Shown here piece after piece: positions 1 to 13,899 of a stretch of DNA of 64,000 nt (position 1 is its first letter; the number at the start of each line of letters is the position of its first letter). The notes below the pieces were generated by a model, which saw nothing but the letters and a program-made list of their open reading frames with translations, had not been told where the DNA came from and ran no database searches. The translations under genes and the position numbers were made by a program. Origin of the DNA: Callorhinchus milii (Eukaryota); NCBI RefSeq assembly GCF_018977255.1, contig NW_024704742.1, forward strand, positions 91,886,001 to 91,950,000, given 5' to 3'.

Positions 1-3000
1 CAATACCTAATCCATCTCCAGTCTCTAAAAGAATTTCCAGATTTTTATTATTGGTGGTTTTTAACCTCTGTAACTGATTCAGTTACATTTTATTTCCTGG
101 AAGCAAATAACGTATGAGAGAGACTCTTAAAGCAGCTCACAGGTTAAATTCACACATAATTTTTGTGACTTTTGTTTTGGTTTTAGTTCCAATTCAGGAG
201 AGGTCTTTATGTTATTCATAGATTACAATCTGAACCTTGTCTGTTAAAATCAACTATATATGTTCCTTTCTTCCTTTGTATTGAGAAACCTAAAGAAAGC
301 GCATTCTGCAGAATACCACCAGAAAGAATAAGAGTAAAGATATGGTAAATTAAGCATTGTAGTTTTAAATGTCTTACGTTGTAGGAGGAAAGGAAGGCTG
401 AGGGAGATTTGTAGTTCCAGTTCTGAGTTTGTAGAGTGAGGTTTGGTTTCAATGTTGTGAGGGTGCAGGAGTAGGCAGAGTATGTCAGATACTAACATCT
501 TTAATCTAAATTCCACCTTGGGGTTCAGGGAGGGAGTGACCCACACATTTTGCCGAATATAGTGGTAACATTCAATGAGAGTGCAAACTATGCTATAATG
601 TGTATGGATTCTATAATGGGTCATTCCCTATTATGTTGCCTGGTTTCCAAAGGACATTCTTAAATGGTATTATGTGTAACTATATTTCGCAATCTTCTTA
701 GATTTACACTTTCTGTAGATGATAAATTGATCGGTTGTGGACTGGTTCACTTTGCTGTATTTTACAAAAAACATGATGTGGAATTACTATAATCAAATCA
801 ATTCAAACTGTTCAAAAAGTAACAGTTTTTCCAACAATGAGACTTCATGATCATTATTACATTTGATGTTTCCAAATTGCCTTGGGGAATGTTTTGTCTT
901 CCATGACTTCTTCAAAAGACAATCAACCCTATTTTAATGTTTTTGCAGTTATTTCAGATATTTTCCATTACTGGCTATGTGTAAAATTAAGAAGAACTAA
1001 GATAGCTTCTCCTTGTCCCCTCACTCACAGTCCTGCTTGCCATCTGGCTGTATTTGACTATTTAAATTAGACCATGGGTTTGATAGGGAGCCAAGTAACA
1101 TTACATGTAATTTTATGGTGCAGTTATACTGAGTTTTGCGATTTTCAGTTTTAAAGCTGCAATTTTGTCCAAAGGTGCAAAGCTCTGTGGCATCTATCTG
1201 AGATCCAATCATGTTTTCACAACTAAGTTGCCGAATGCTATCTTCAACAAAGGTTTGGAACGTTCTAGCTTGAATCTGCAGTTTTAAAATTTTATTAAAG
1301 CAGCTTAATGTTGTCCTGGTGTACCACTTTATGCTTCCTCATGATCAGAGTGCCTGATGCCAACCCTGCATTTATCCAAATATAAAAATAATTCCTTTTC
1401 CAAGATTGACATCCATTTCTTTTGATTTACACAAATGGTGACCAAAACCAAACATTTTAGATTAATACAGTACAGAAATATAGCTGGCTTATAAGCTTTA
1501 TGGTTTATGGCTTTACCTAGGTATTCAGTTGATGGTTTGCTATTTAAGCATTGGAGTACTGATATTTACAGTTTTCAGACGCATTTTTTTCCATTAATGA
1601 CCTACTGTTGGATTACTTCAATGATGGTACTGCACTTGTAAGTATTGTTGACTTGCTATTGGTTATTGGGGGAAAATTTGCCTCTCAGGCCAAATTTGCT
1701 TTCCCAACAAATGTTTTATATCTTTAGACCCGAGTGGATAACAAATTAGAGGATTATGCCAGCATTGATGCCAATAGCAGAACACCCATCCAGTTTTCAG
1801 TTTGCTAACCAGTTTAAGTAATGCCAACCCATTGTATAGTGTTAATTTGTTGAATCATAATTGACTTCATATGGGAAAAATATTTATTAGCCCATTATTG
1901 TTGTAACAATACAAATTGATTTTCTGCTCATGCATTGTAGCAAAATGAGCTGTGGCAATGGTGTTTTCGTTTCCATCCGTCAGTAATGACTTTTTTAAAA
2001 AGAATGTATTATAGAAATGCAGCAAAGTCCATCTGATTAAAAGTCGCATACGTTCAGCTTCCTGAGTATTGGAATTCTTAATTCCTTTACCCCCAAACCT
2101 TCCCGGCTAAAACTTGAAGTTTCTTGTGGACATCGGTGCAAATAATAGCAACTGAGAGGCTGATACTGTTGCGGTAGGTTTTCAGATAAAATGTTTGCAT
2201 TGAAAACTAATTTACTCAGCAGATTCTTGTCTTTGGTGCTATAGCAGTCAAGCAAGTTTTCTCAAGTCTTATTTTTTTTGTTAGTTTCCCAAATCTAACA
2301 ATTTCCAGGGACATTCAGGTACTTTCCAATTGCTTTGTAAAGATAGTCAGCTGTTAACCGTGCAACATGATCTTACTCTGGAGCAGTTGATCTTATTGAA
2401 ATTTCAATATCCAATCATGTGCCATTCCTGCCATAACATTTAATGTAAAAAAAACATAATCTAAGTGTGAAATGTTTTCTAGTCATGTTTTACTTTAATG
2501 CTTAGTGCACTATTTATATTCTGTACATTACCAGATTTAGCTGCAAAGTTATTGAAAAGAAGCTTAAAAAAAATCCCAATCCAATATTCCTTGGCAAACT
2601 ATATATGCAATTATGGTTCACCTTATTAGGACAGTGCAGTTACAGTGGTCAAACTACAGAGTCTTATTTATTCATTTAAAATGTTTGTTCTAGTTAGCTC
2701 GGTGTAGCTGACAATTTCTAGTTGTGTTGTCAAATTCAGATGCCATGCTGTATACAGCATCCAAGCACACTGAAATTCAGTTGAAGGTACACCATCTACC
2801 TCTGAACTCATTTGCAAAGTTATCCCTAAGAGCAGAGTTAAATGCTGTAGTGAATTGATTTAGTAAAAATGACTCTGTGGAGATTTTGTTTTGGGCTGCA
2901 TTGCAACAAATACAGACCACAGGTGCAATTCATTTCATATTCATCTAAATGTTAAAGTAACAATGATACAAAAAGGCACTTTTTAATGCTCTTGTATTAC

Positions 3001-6000
3001 ATTTGTCAAATTACTTTTTGAATGCATTTATTGAACTACATTAATTATCACAAAGAAAAATTATTGGGACTGAATCTGAAGCGGATAACCTTTCTGACCA
3101 GTTTAAGCTTTTTAAATGAAAATTATTTGTCACCATTGAGAATTGTTCATTGATCTGCCAGAAATTGTCATCAACTTGCACAAGTTTGTGGAGAGAGTTT
3201 CAGAGAGGTGAAGTAATAGCATAGAAGAAGTGTGAGGAACAATTAATAGACTAGAGTTGGATGGACAATGGGCTGGACCAAAAGAAAAGTGCAGAACTAT
3301 TTGCCAAAAATTCCAGGCATTTGACAAATTTTGCAGAAAATTGCAGCCGCACTTTTCTATTGGCCCAGGTCGATGAGCAGAAGTTGTCACTATCTGTCCT
3401 TAAGTTATTAGTCTCATTCTTTGAGTTCAAAATTCAGTCCTTTGAATAGTTGTCACTAGTTGAACAAGCTTTGTGTCCGAATACCATTAAATCTATTGCT
3501 GTGAAACTCAGACAATTGAATTTATTTTATCTTGATTAATAAAAATAGCAATCTGTTCATTATGATGAGGAAAAAAATATTGTTAATTATCAATATTACC
3601 GACTTCAATGTATTTTTATTTCATTTGTTTTTTTAAGTCAAACATTGGTGAAACAGATTCTTGCTGTTCTATTTAAACACCACTGCCTTTTATCCTGATA
3701 CAGCAATGAGCTTAAAAACTCGGCACCGTGGTTTAAAAATGCAACTAAACCCATATAATTAGACCGGGTGGGTGAATAATGAGCTATTTCACATATCATT
3801 ATGTCTAGTTTTCATGGCATTCTCAGACATGATTTTCAACTTGTTTCAGATATGCATATTTGGTAACTGTTTCTGATGTAAAAACCTTTAGTCTGACAGC
3901 TGAGTTATGGGAGCAGCATTTGTCTGCAAGCGAGAAATACCTGGCTCCAGACTGGGTTAGTTCAAAGAGGTTGTCTTGTTTTTTGTGTCTTGTTTTTATT
4001 TCGTCTGCCTAATTTAAGTACATACTGTGTATTCTATCCTGTGAATTCACTCTCTGAATACCAGTTAAATTCAAGGTTGTCATTTTGGTCACAGGACCTT
4101 TTGAATTAGGTAGTGTATTGCACCAATGGATGCATTTTTCATTGATAGAATACATGGTATGACAGACTGCATGGTGCTTAAATGCACTCCAAGTTTCTAT
4201 GTAGGTGGTTCAGTATTGGAAAGCTTTTTAAAAAAAAAGTTTCTGAAAATTGTGATTTTTTAAAAAAAAGTGGAAGTATTTATCTTAAATTAACCAATTT
4301 TGCTCCTGAAACTTTTCTGTAATTTGAATACTAAAATGACTAAAACACTTAAACGGTGTACATAAAAATGCTGTGTTCTTGGCTTGATTACTGCAACATA
4401 ATCTGTGTTCGTCAGCAGAAGTTGGTAATGTGTATGATTTGGGCTTAGTTATGCTGGCTCTTATTTGATTAAAGTATGCACGTGGGATCAAATCTTTGGC
4501 AACTTTTTCTTTGAAACTTATCTTTTTATCAAAAAGAATATAATATAGTAAGTGTACTTTTACCTCTCTCTGAGCCTTTATTTCTTCTCCAGTTGAACTG
4601 TGGCAGGGTTTTGCCAGCCCGGTGTAAATGTATGCATTTCATAATGAAGGCTATTGTTGTGTGCTAGTCTTAACTCCCATGATTCAGCAAGCTTGAATGA
4701 AGATTAGAAAGTTAATGTTTCATCCTTATATCAGTTAAATGTACATTTATATATGTGCCATAATTGGTGTTATAAAATGAATGCAATGTTATTTAAAGGG
4801 GAATTCCAGATTTTAAATGGTTTATTTCAATTTACTTTGCAAACACATCACTCTGTCAAGAGTTTTGAACTGCATGCAAGTAAACTATGCTGCAGAATCC
4901 TGTTTGTAACCTTTAATTCCCCCACACCTTCCCCAGAGCTGGTGATACTAAGGAGTAAACTACAATTATTTACGCAATGCTTTCTGGAAATTGCATCATC
5001 ACTGGAGCCTATTTGTGCTCTATAGCTTCATTACAACATCTTCAAAGTAAGTTTGGTTATTTCAACTACCTTTTTGTGTGAATATTTGTGCTTCTCCAGT
5101 TAAACAGTCTTTTTGCTGGAATAGAAGATTTTTCCACTTTTGTTGCACTGCATCATACTAAGCCCTACTGCATTCAGTGTTAAAGCCAGGTGCAGAGTAA
5201 AGTTCCCTATACTTGATCTCAGCCCCAATCCCAGAAGAGCCTGTCCCCTTGTGGACTATTGAGCAAGATTATTATTTTACTTTGTGGGTCTGCAATTACT
5301 AAGAGCTGCCAATTGGAAATGCTTGAACTCATTTGCAGTTAACAACGAAGAAATGTTTCTCCATTCAGTCCATACTAGATTCAAACCTGGTTCTTGAGAT
5401 GAAAGGACTGTGCACAAGCAACACTCCCCATTGCAACCAAATCTATTTTTAATGAGCAAAAATTGCCTGAGGAAAGTGCTCTTAGTGCCATGTATAGCAT
5501 TTTACAATCCAGCTAAAAACATTGTAATTGCTTTTCTCAGAACTCTGAACATCCAAATTCACATTTTGTATGTTTCGCTCCAGCTAGAAAAGCAGAATAT
5601 GGTTTATCACAATCATATCAATTGCTTGTAATGTAGCCAGTTTTGTGAAATGACACTCATTCTTCAATATTTTCCTTAACGGAAAATATGGGCATTTTAT
5701 TGAAACCCACCCATGTTAAATGTATGAGTGTGATGGTAAACTTGTTATTGACAGTCACCTGAAAATCGTTCATTATTATGACAAGAACTTGCATTTATAT
5801 AGCGTCTTCACTTGGTGTGTCTCGGAGTGCTCAGTGTTTTTTGCAGTAGTTCAGACATGCAGTCAGTAAACTTGAATGATGAGAAAAAGATGTGTGTGCA
5901 CAGCTAATATTGCAAGATACTTTTTTTAAAAAAAGTATTCCTCACTAATCAACTTTATTCTTAAACTCAGGTAGATGTAAGAAAGGAGGAAAGTTGAGTG

Positions 6001-7412
6001 GAGGGAAAAAAACAGATCCTACATTTAGCCATAGCTGGTGAAATTTGCCACTGGAACAGTAGACTCAAGTGAAGCATTTCCTGATCATATGGATGTGGAA
6101 TTTTTTAAAATTATTTTACAACACAACGCAGAGTCTCCAGGATCATATAACCAATTCTGTTTCAGTTACATGACATTTCAAGGAACAGACAAAAACTGGT
6201 GAGTGAAAATGTTAAATTTATCCCATTGTGAACTGATGGAGAAGACCTCGGGTTTAATTACATGCTCGGAGAGATGTTGAGTATGTTGTGGATAACTGTT
6301 TTGGTTTGACAGAATTGGAGATGTTCTAATAAACCATTGGACTATGCTGGTTTATTAATTAGGGAAACCCAGGGAGCTATTGGCAGTAGAACAAATTAAT
6401 AATAGTGGAGTAATGGATTGACGACAAAGAAAGCTTTAATTTGTCATTATCATAAATATAATCTGGGGAAGGTTGAGAGGAGATTTTATTATCGACTGCT
6501 TACTTTGGCTGTTGGGCCTCACCTATAGCTATAGTATCAATGCATTTCTTATGTAAGTTACGGAAGGTTTGTGTGATTGGATCAAACCAAACCTCTGATT
6601 TGGACTCTCTGAAATGAAGACCCAACTGCTTGAAGTTATTAAACATTGATATTCAACTTCTTGTGCGGTTCCCTTACACTGAATAGAAACCGAGCCAAAG
6701 CAAGGCCCAACTAGTGTTTTGATCTACAAAGATTAAAGTAAAGATTGAGAGGGAGGTGGTTCTAGAGATTTAACCAAACTGCGAGGAACTAACTTAAATC
6801 GGCTGCCTTTAGACAGCGTGTAAATGTGCTTTAACGCCACCATAATTGTTACTTACTGATGAATCCGATTACTGTTTCAAAGAGGACGCACAGACACAAT
6901 GGCCAAATGGCTTCTTCTACCCAGCAAATTTCGATAATTTCTATACTGTGAAGACAATTGGAAATAAGCCTGAAGAACAACACTTGGAAAATAAGGTGGA
7001 CTTGATCATCATAAATTAAAGGAAACAGTAACAGCAGGGTCAATAAGGAGGTTGGCATGGCTCTAGTATTTGTCTAGAGGGCAAATATATCACCAGGTCA
7101 AATTCAAACTCCAATCTGGGAAGAGTTAGCTTTTTTCCAGTCAGGCATTGGTTGTGGCACTACAGTTTGCCTCAGTGGCACTGGGCTATTTATAACATAC
7201 ACTGTAGGGATGCTGGAGACCTTATCAAACTGCTTCTGCTATTTGCACATGAATAACCAATTTCCCAGCTGGCATATTGTATTCCATTTTGTCAGTATCC
7301 ATGGATTAGGAACAATGTGTTTGACTTTCTGCAGCACACGCAGAGGTGGTGTTTATTTAGTGGGGCAGGGTTGGGTTTAATCCAGAAATCTTCAAAATAT
7401 AGCATTTTACTA

Positions 7413-7431
7413 TGTGTGTGTGTGTGTGTGT
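7413..7431. repeat. (TG)n microsatellite
   Basis: tgtgtgtgtgtgtgtgtgt run. Confidence 0.8.
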
Positions 7432-8492
7432 TTGCTAGTTAGGTTTATTCATACCCTTGAAAGGCTTTGGGATGATTTGTGAGTCTGCCTTGTAGCCCTT
7501 GAAGTAAGCTGTTTTCTCTTGGTGGTAGGTGGTTTGTATATTGTAGATATAAAGGAAATCCTCAAGCACCTCTTCATAGCCTGAGCAATGTTTAGTCCCG
7601 GTGATACACTATCAAGAGTACCAACAGGAAAACTGAAGCATTGCAGAAGTGCACGGTGTGCCCCTACTTCTTCAAAGACTGGTAAAAGAAGATGACTGAT
7701 CATAGCTTCCTATTGCTGCCCACCTCTGGTTGAGGATCAACATCCACTACGGTAACACTTACTATAATACCATAAATTTGTGCAATAATAGCTGTTTTCT
7801 ATTTTTCTACTGTTCTGTTTCCTAAGTTGATAATAGGATGAGTTTAACATCTGTATAACGACCACTGTGAATTCACTGTGGAATGCTGATTTAATGACTA
7901 TAATCATCCTATAATTAACATCATCATCTTTCCTTCCTGTTGAGTATCTTCTATTTACGTTTTCACCTTTTTTTAAGAAAAAACAAAAGAAATAGAATGT
8001 AAAAAAAAGAAATAAAGTAAGAATCTTTAATTGTTTCAATGTTTTATTCAATAAACAATTTAATCCTGATGCGCAATAAATGGTTTGGTACTTATGTTAT
8101 TTAAGTGTGATGCAAAGAATAACACTGAGACTTGACATCAATATCTATTTGTTAGATTCCATAATATATGCAGATGGTCTAGATTAACTAGAAAAATCAT
8201 TATTAGAACAGGCTTTTGAAAGCAACACAATTTCAAGTATAAAGTTTGAGAAAAGTGTATCTGATCAGGCTTTAGAAGAGTGCAAAAACTGTGGACCCTC
8301 ACTTTAATGCTGAATCATGAATTACCCCTTCTGCAATCAGGCCTCAAATTAAATTCAATACAGATAACTACAAGGTACTGCATATACAGGGAAAGAGTAC
8401 ATGTGTGTACTCCATGGATGAAAGAGAACTTGCCAATGGGAAATGTAATGGTGTTAGTTGACTCGTCACTTGCTGAGTCAATGTGAGGCAGC

Positions 8493-8820
8493 AATAAATA
8501 ATAATAATAATCCTTGCATTTGATATAGCGCTTTTCACGTCAGGAGGACGTCCCAAAGCGCTTCACAGAACACACTGTAAAGTGAATTGACTGTACACTT
8601 GTGGGCGAACGTGGCAGCCAATTGCGCACAGCAATGTCCCACAAACAGTCGTAGATTGAAAATGACCAATTTATTATTGTTTTGGGTTTTGGAGGGATTA
8701 TTATTAGGCTCTGTGTGGAGTAAGGAAACTTGCCCAAGGTTTCGCCCTCTGCCTGGAATTGAACTCGGGTCTCTCGCTTGCAAAGCGAGTGCTCTAACCA
8801 CTGAGCTACAGGACTCCACA
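8493..8820 (-). mobile_element. tRNA-derived SINE, full length (short subfamily)
   Basis: Minus strand begins GGAGTCCTGTAGCTCAGTGGTTAGAGCACTCGCTTTGCAAGCGAGAGACCCGAGTTCAATTCC (A and B boxes, TGC anticodon-like loop). Ends in an L2-like tail and (TTA)n. Confidence 0.9.
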
Positions 8821-9122
8821 AAATAATCCTTGCATTTTTTGATATAGCGTTTTTCACGTCGGAAGGACGTCCCAAAGCGCTTCACAGAATATACTGTAAA
8901 GTGAATTGACTGTATATTTGTGGACGAACGCGGCAGCCAATTGCGCACAGCAATGTGTCACAAATAGTCGTAGATTGAAAATGACCAATTTATTATTTTT
9001 TTTGTATTTTTTGGAGGGATTATTATTAGGCGTGTGGAGTAAGGCAACTTGTCCAAGGTTTCACCCTGCCTGGAATTGAACTCAGAGCGAGTGCTCTAAC
9101 CACTGAGCTACAGGACTCCACA
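8821..9122 (-). mobile_element. tRNA-derived SINE, second tandem copy (deletion in head)
   Basis: Near-identical to 8493-8820 and directly abutting it; lacks ~15 nt of the anticodon arm. Confidence 0.9.
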
Positions 9123-12100
9123 ACAAAGCAAATGGGATGTTGGGTTATATTGCCAAATCAGTTCCCCATGGATCCCCACAAGTCATCCTCGAGTTGTATA
9201 GTGCTCTGGTCAGGCTGTACCTAGAGTAATGTATACACTTGAGGATGATCCCAAAGTTAGCAGATGAATTATGAGCAACAATCAGCCAAATGAGAGCTCT
9301 TGTAAAAGAGATGTCTCAGAGGAGATCTTACAGGGTTTTTTTGTCAGCTGGGTGTGATATATGAGAAAAGCCATCGCAATACTCAAAACACCAACTAAAT
9401 CCTCATCCACGCCTTTGTCACCTCCTCCCTTGATTATTCAAACGCCCTCCTTGTCAGTCTCTCCAGCTCCACTATCCACAAAATCCAATTGCTCCCAAAC
9501 TCTGCTGCCTATGTGCTTGCCTGCTCTAAACTATGCACCCCCATTACACCGAGATGTTACCCTGCGTGAAGAGCGCCATATAAATGTAAGTTGTTGTTTT
9601 AAGGTGGTTACCAAGCCTTGGATATATGTCCTAATTGAGGAATGCAGTATATTCTGTGCAGTGCTTTGAGACATCTCGAAAATGTGATAAGCAGTTATAT
9701 TAAATACAAGGATTATTATTATTATTGAAGATACGATTGAGAAAGTGAACTCAAAACAATACTTTTCTGCTGCCTCGTTGCATCCAAGACGATACAAGTT
9801 TAAGGTTGCGAAGGGTAATTTCAAGACAGACCCCAGAAAGTATTTCTTTACCTAGAGAGGCAGTATGCAGGCGTTGTTTAAAAACCAGCTTGATATTTGT
9901 GATAGGAGGATGGAATTGTGATAGAGTGCATATTCTGAAAGGATGAAGTGCCTTCATACGAAACCTCTCGTCATCTCGCTCATGATTCAAGACTAATACA
10001 GAATACACTATACCTCATGGCAGTTTCACATTATTTGTAACATAAGCCATTTGAACTGCAAAGGCAATGAGCTGGGTAACAATATTTAGGAGAGTGAGCT
10101 ATGGTAATAGTGTCATACATGGACAATATGTGAGATTTAAAGTTTTGATAACATTGCATTTTCAGTCATTCAAACTTTTTATCCAGTTTGGGTCTTTTTT
10201 AATGCTCAAAACTGCTACATTGGTAAGGACATTAGGAACTCAACTATGTACAACAACAACTTGCACTTATATAGCGCCCTCCACATAGGATAGCTTCTTA
10301 GAATGCTTATGTATGTCCCTGGGAAAGTCTGCTACATCACTGTATGCTTGATTAAACCATATCAAATAAATGTTTTTTTCCCTAAATATTCATTAACCCA
10401 AAGGGAGTTCCTATAACAATGACAGTGAAAAATGTAGCATGTGGTAATTCGGAGGAAGACCTGCCTCCTAATTATCCATGTGTGAACATCACAGTCACAT
10501 TTTTCATTACAATCTGTGTGGACAGTGAACATTTTGGATTGGTATGTCAGCAGCAGTGTGAGCTTCATTGGAACTCAGTGTCACTCAAGGGATGCCAGTG
10601 CCCTCTAGAGGCAGCACAAACGTTGAGTTTCTTCTGCCATTCGAAATACATATTAGAATTTTCTGTCTTACATTGTATCAGGAAGAATCAATACATACAA
10701 AAATAATGTTTTACCATTGTACTCTTTCAATTCTGCACTGTGATTACACCATCTATTAAAGTGTTTGTACCAATGTTCAGAACAAGGACTTTATTTGTAT
10801 TGAAGCAACAGTTGTATTTAACCAATTTCTACCATAGTTTTATTGGATTTTGTTACGTCTCCGACAAAACAATAGTGTGCTACAGAGCAAAATTACTACA
10901 AGATAACTATTTCTGGATGTGATAGATACTCCACCAGGTATTCCCTGTCTTATTGGTTTGTCTTCATTTTGTTTACTCGTCCATTGATGTCATTATATGA
11001 CACGATAACTTGCTGAACGGAAACACTGCTTGCCTATGTGTTATTGTCAGATTGTGAGCCATAAAACTTTAGAAAAATTCTGAAATGTCACAAAGGCCAA
11101 ATATCATCAGATGTATCACAAGTGTAACCTATAAGACAATGATGAAAGACAAACTATCAAATTGCAGATACTGTTCACACAACCCTTATTTTGTAGAATC
11201 AGCTAAACACATTTTTTTGTGCTGCATCCTGACAATTATCCACATAAAGATTGGTAATTCTCTTCATAGCTGTTTTGAGGGACACTGCCGTGCACAAATT
11301 GACTGCCACGTTCACCTACAAATAACATCACTATACTTTACATTAAAATCCTATCCTGTGAGTTGTCATCCTGACAGGAAAGGCACTTCATTATTATGAT
11401 TAATATTAACGATACTACAGAGGATAGATAATTACTTGCTGCTGGGAAGAAAAGTAGGGCTATGGAGACCACAGCTGAATAATAGAAATATTAGATTGTT
11501 ATTTTGGAGCTTTTGCTTGATTATATTTAGGGTTTAGTATCTCCATGAGGGGACAAATTCTACCTGGATGTACTGTATTGATAGGAAGTATCTTTGCCCT
11601 GAGAGTAATTAATTGACTAGGACAGTTTACCAGGAAGGGTGGTTGAGGCCAGGACACTAGACTCATTTGAAACACAGCTTGATGCTGTGATGGGAGAATG
11701 GTAGAATGAGTGTTGAAGGATGAGTTGAAATGGGTTGAAGGGCCTCCTCATCCAAACTAAAGCTTGTGATCTTGCTGGCCTTTCAGAGCTTCTAGAATTT
11801 GGCAAATTGTTGAATTCAGTTTTAACTTTGAAGTCGGTTTTCAGTAGTTCTTAAAATAAATTTAGAGAAAACTGGATTCCAAATCAACACTTTTTTTAAA
11901 AAAGCTAAAGTTAATAAAATAAATCTAGACCCAGCTAAAATTTCTACCCCATAGTTTTCCTCTCACTTAACATGAAACTTCACCTATTGATCAGAGGATG
12001 TTACATTGAGTTCCATAGAGTGATATATGATGACAATACGTTATTCGGACTAACTAGTCCGTGTCAGTGTTTATATTCCACACAATTTCCCATCCCTCCT

Positions 12101-12159
12101 ATTGCTCTCTCCTGTACCCCTTTATCCTCTTCTTTCTCATATATGCACCACCACCAATA

Positions 12160-12470
12160 ACACGAACAACTTCTTTTATATAGTGTCTCTCATGCAGGGT
12201 AGCATCCCAGAGTGCTTGACAGTGGCAGAGCACGATGCTGAGCCAGGGGGAGGTGACCGCAGGCACGGTTGAAGAGAAAGGTCTTCAGGCGAGATCTGAA
12301 GATGGGGAAGGAAGAAGCAAGGCAGAGGGATAGAGGAAGAGTGTTCCCGAGTTTAGAGGCTGAAAGCGCAGCCACCAATGTTGGAATGGAGGACACGAGG
12401 GACAAGTAGAAGGCCTGAGCCAGTCCAGCAGAGGCAGCAGGTTGGGGTGTAAGCAGGTCAGAGAGGTTTT
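12160..12470 (-). mobile_element. L2 LINE 3' fragment
   Basis: Minus-strand ORF includes FRSRLKTFLFNRA (L2 ORF2 C-terminus) and an L2 tail ending in (TTG)-like repeats. Confidence 0.7.
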
Positions 12471-12716
12471 CTCTTGAATACATAATTTTTTTTTGTTTCA
12501 GTACAGCTTCTGGCATTGAGTTGCATATCCCCGGCATCATCTGCATGAAAAAGTTCTTCCTAAACTCCCTATTGGCTCTGATGTTTATGCCTTCTTGTTG
12601 TGGACCGATTAACAAGTGGAAACAATTTTTCAATCTCTAGCTTATTGAATCTTTTCATAACTAACACCTCTATCAGGTTCCCTCACAACTCTAGAGAGAA
12701 AAGCTTCAATCTGTTA

Positions 12717-12881
12717 ATGAGTGTGTGTGTCTCTGTGTGTCTGTGAGAGTGTGTGTCTGTGAGAGTGTGTGTCTGGGAGTGTGCGCGTCTCTCTCTGGGT
12801 CTGGGAGTGTGTGCGTCTCTCTCTGAGTCTTTGTGTCTGTTTGCAGTGATGGCCCTGAGAGGCAGGAGGTGGTGAGCTCCT
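12717..12881 (+). repeat. Compound (GT/CT)n microsatellite with conserved 3' flank
   Basis: Mixed gtgt/ctct tract followed by gcagtgatggccctgagaggcaggaggtggtgagctcct, shared with 19160-19411. Confidence 0.8.
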
Positions 12882-12949
12882 TTAGTCTCACTGGTGTCCC
12901 CCTGACCGGTCCCCCACCCCCCAAATTGCCACCCAATTTTTGTTAAAGA

Positions 12950-13192
12950 AGCAATTTTTTTCTGGGGCACTACGCCCCAGAACTCTGGAACACTCTCCCT
13001 CAATCCCTCTGCCTTGCCCCCTCTCTCCCCTCTTTCAAGTTCTGCCTGAAAACTTTCCTCTTCGACTGTGCTTATAGCCAACTCCCCCCTTCCCCCAGCT
13101 CAGAGTCAGGCTCTGCCACTTTTAAGCACTCTGAAACTCCTACCCTACATGGAGGGTGCTATATAAGTGCAAGTTGTTGGTGGTGGTGGTGT
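12950..13192 (+). mobile_element. L2 LINE 3' fragment
   Basis: ctctggaac...ctgaaaactttcctcttcgac...ggagggtgctatataagtgcaagttgttgg tail. Confidence 0.7.
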
Positions 13193-13354
13193 TGTACCTC
13201 AATAGCACCAATCCACCCCTGCAATTTCCCCACAATTTCCCCCTGCAAAACTCAGCAAAGCCCCTGCAATTTTCAGCAAGATTTGTAAAACTCTCCACCA
13301 CAATTTTTTTGCAAATGTGTCTGCATGTTTCTATTGGCCCAACTGATCGCTCAC

Positions 13355-13590
13355 TATGTTAAAACAATGTGAAGCAGCAATAAACAAGGCAAACAGGTTG
13401 CTGGGTTATATTGCTATATCAGTTGAGTTTAGATCCTCAGTTATTAGACTCAGGCTGTACAATGCTTTGGTCAGACCACACCTTGAACAGTATACAGTTC
13501 TGGCCACCGCACATAAGAGGTTGTCCAAGTCTCAGAGATGGTACAGAGGAGAGCGTCGAGGATGATCCTCAGTGTTAGAGGAACAAGCAA
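13355..13590 (+). mobile_element. Old CR1 LINE ORF2 fragment
   Basis: Translates to KANRLLGYIA...LYNALVRPHLE, the CR1 post-RT motif. Confidence 0.75.
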
Positions 13591-13899
13591 TGAGCTGGTA
13601 CAATAGAAAAGTGTAGCTGCAATTTTTCTGCTGAATCCACTACAAATCCTCCGCTACAAACTTATAAAAAATTTCCTCTGCGCCTGGGCCTAGTGAACTT
13701 TGTTCACTCAATGCTACTGTTGGTGGAGTGGCTCAGAATGCTAATGCGCACTGTGGCACAAGCGGGAAATGAACTTCGCTCTATTCCAAGCCCCTCTTGT
13801 CGGTGTGTCACAGAGCTTGGTATTTTATACCCAATGCTTCAGTGATCGGAGTTCGGGGCTTTTTGAGTCAGGAGGACAAAACCAGTATCCCGTTATATT

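Noticed and set aside
4225..4270. Recurrent T-run/A-run palindromes (also ~5920, 11890, 50000, 60275)
   Set aside because: Common low-complexity features of AT-rich vertebrate DNA.
6849..7018. Plus-strand open stretch LLTDESDYCFKEDAQTQWPNGFFYPANFDNFY...
   Set aside because: No ATG or convincing acceptor and no recognisable homology; length is compatible with chance.
8755..8817. tRNA-Ala(TGC)-like sequences (also near 24003, 41110 and 55205)
   Set aside because: These are SINE heads continuous with SINE body and tail, with no intact acceptor stem, so they are not tRNA genes.
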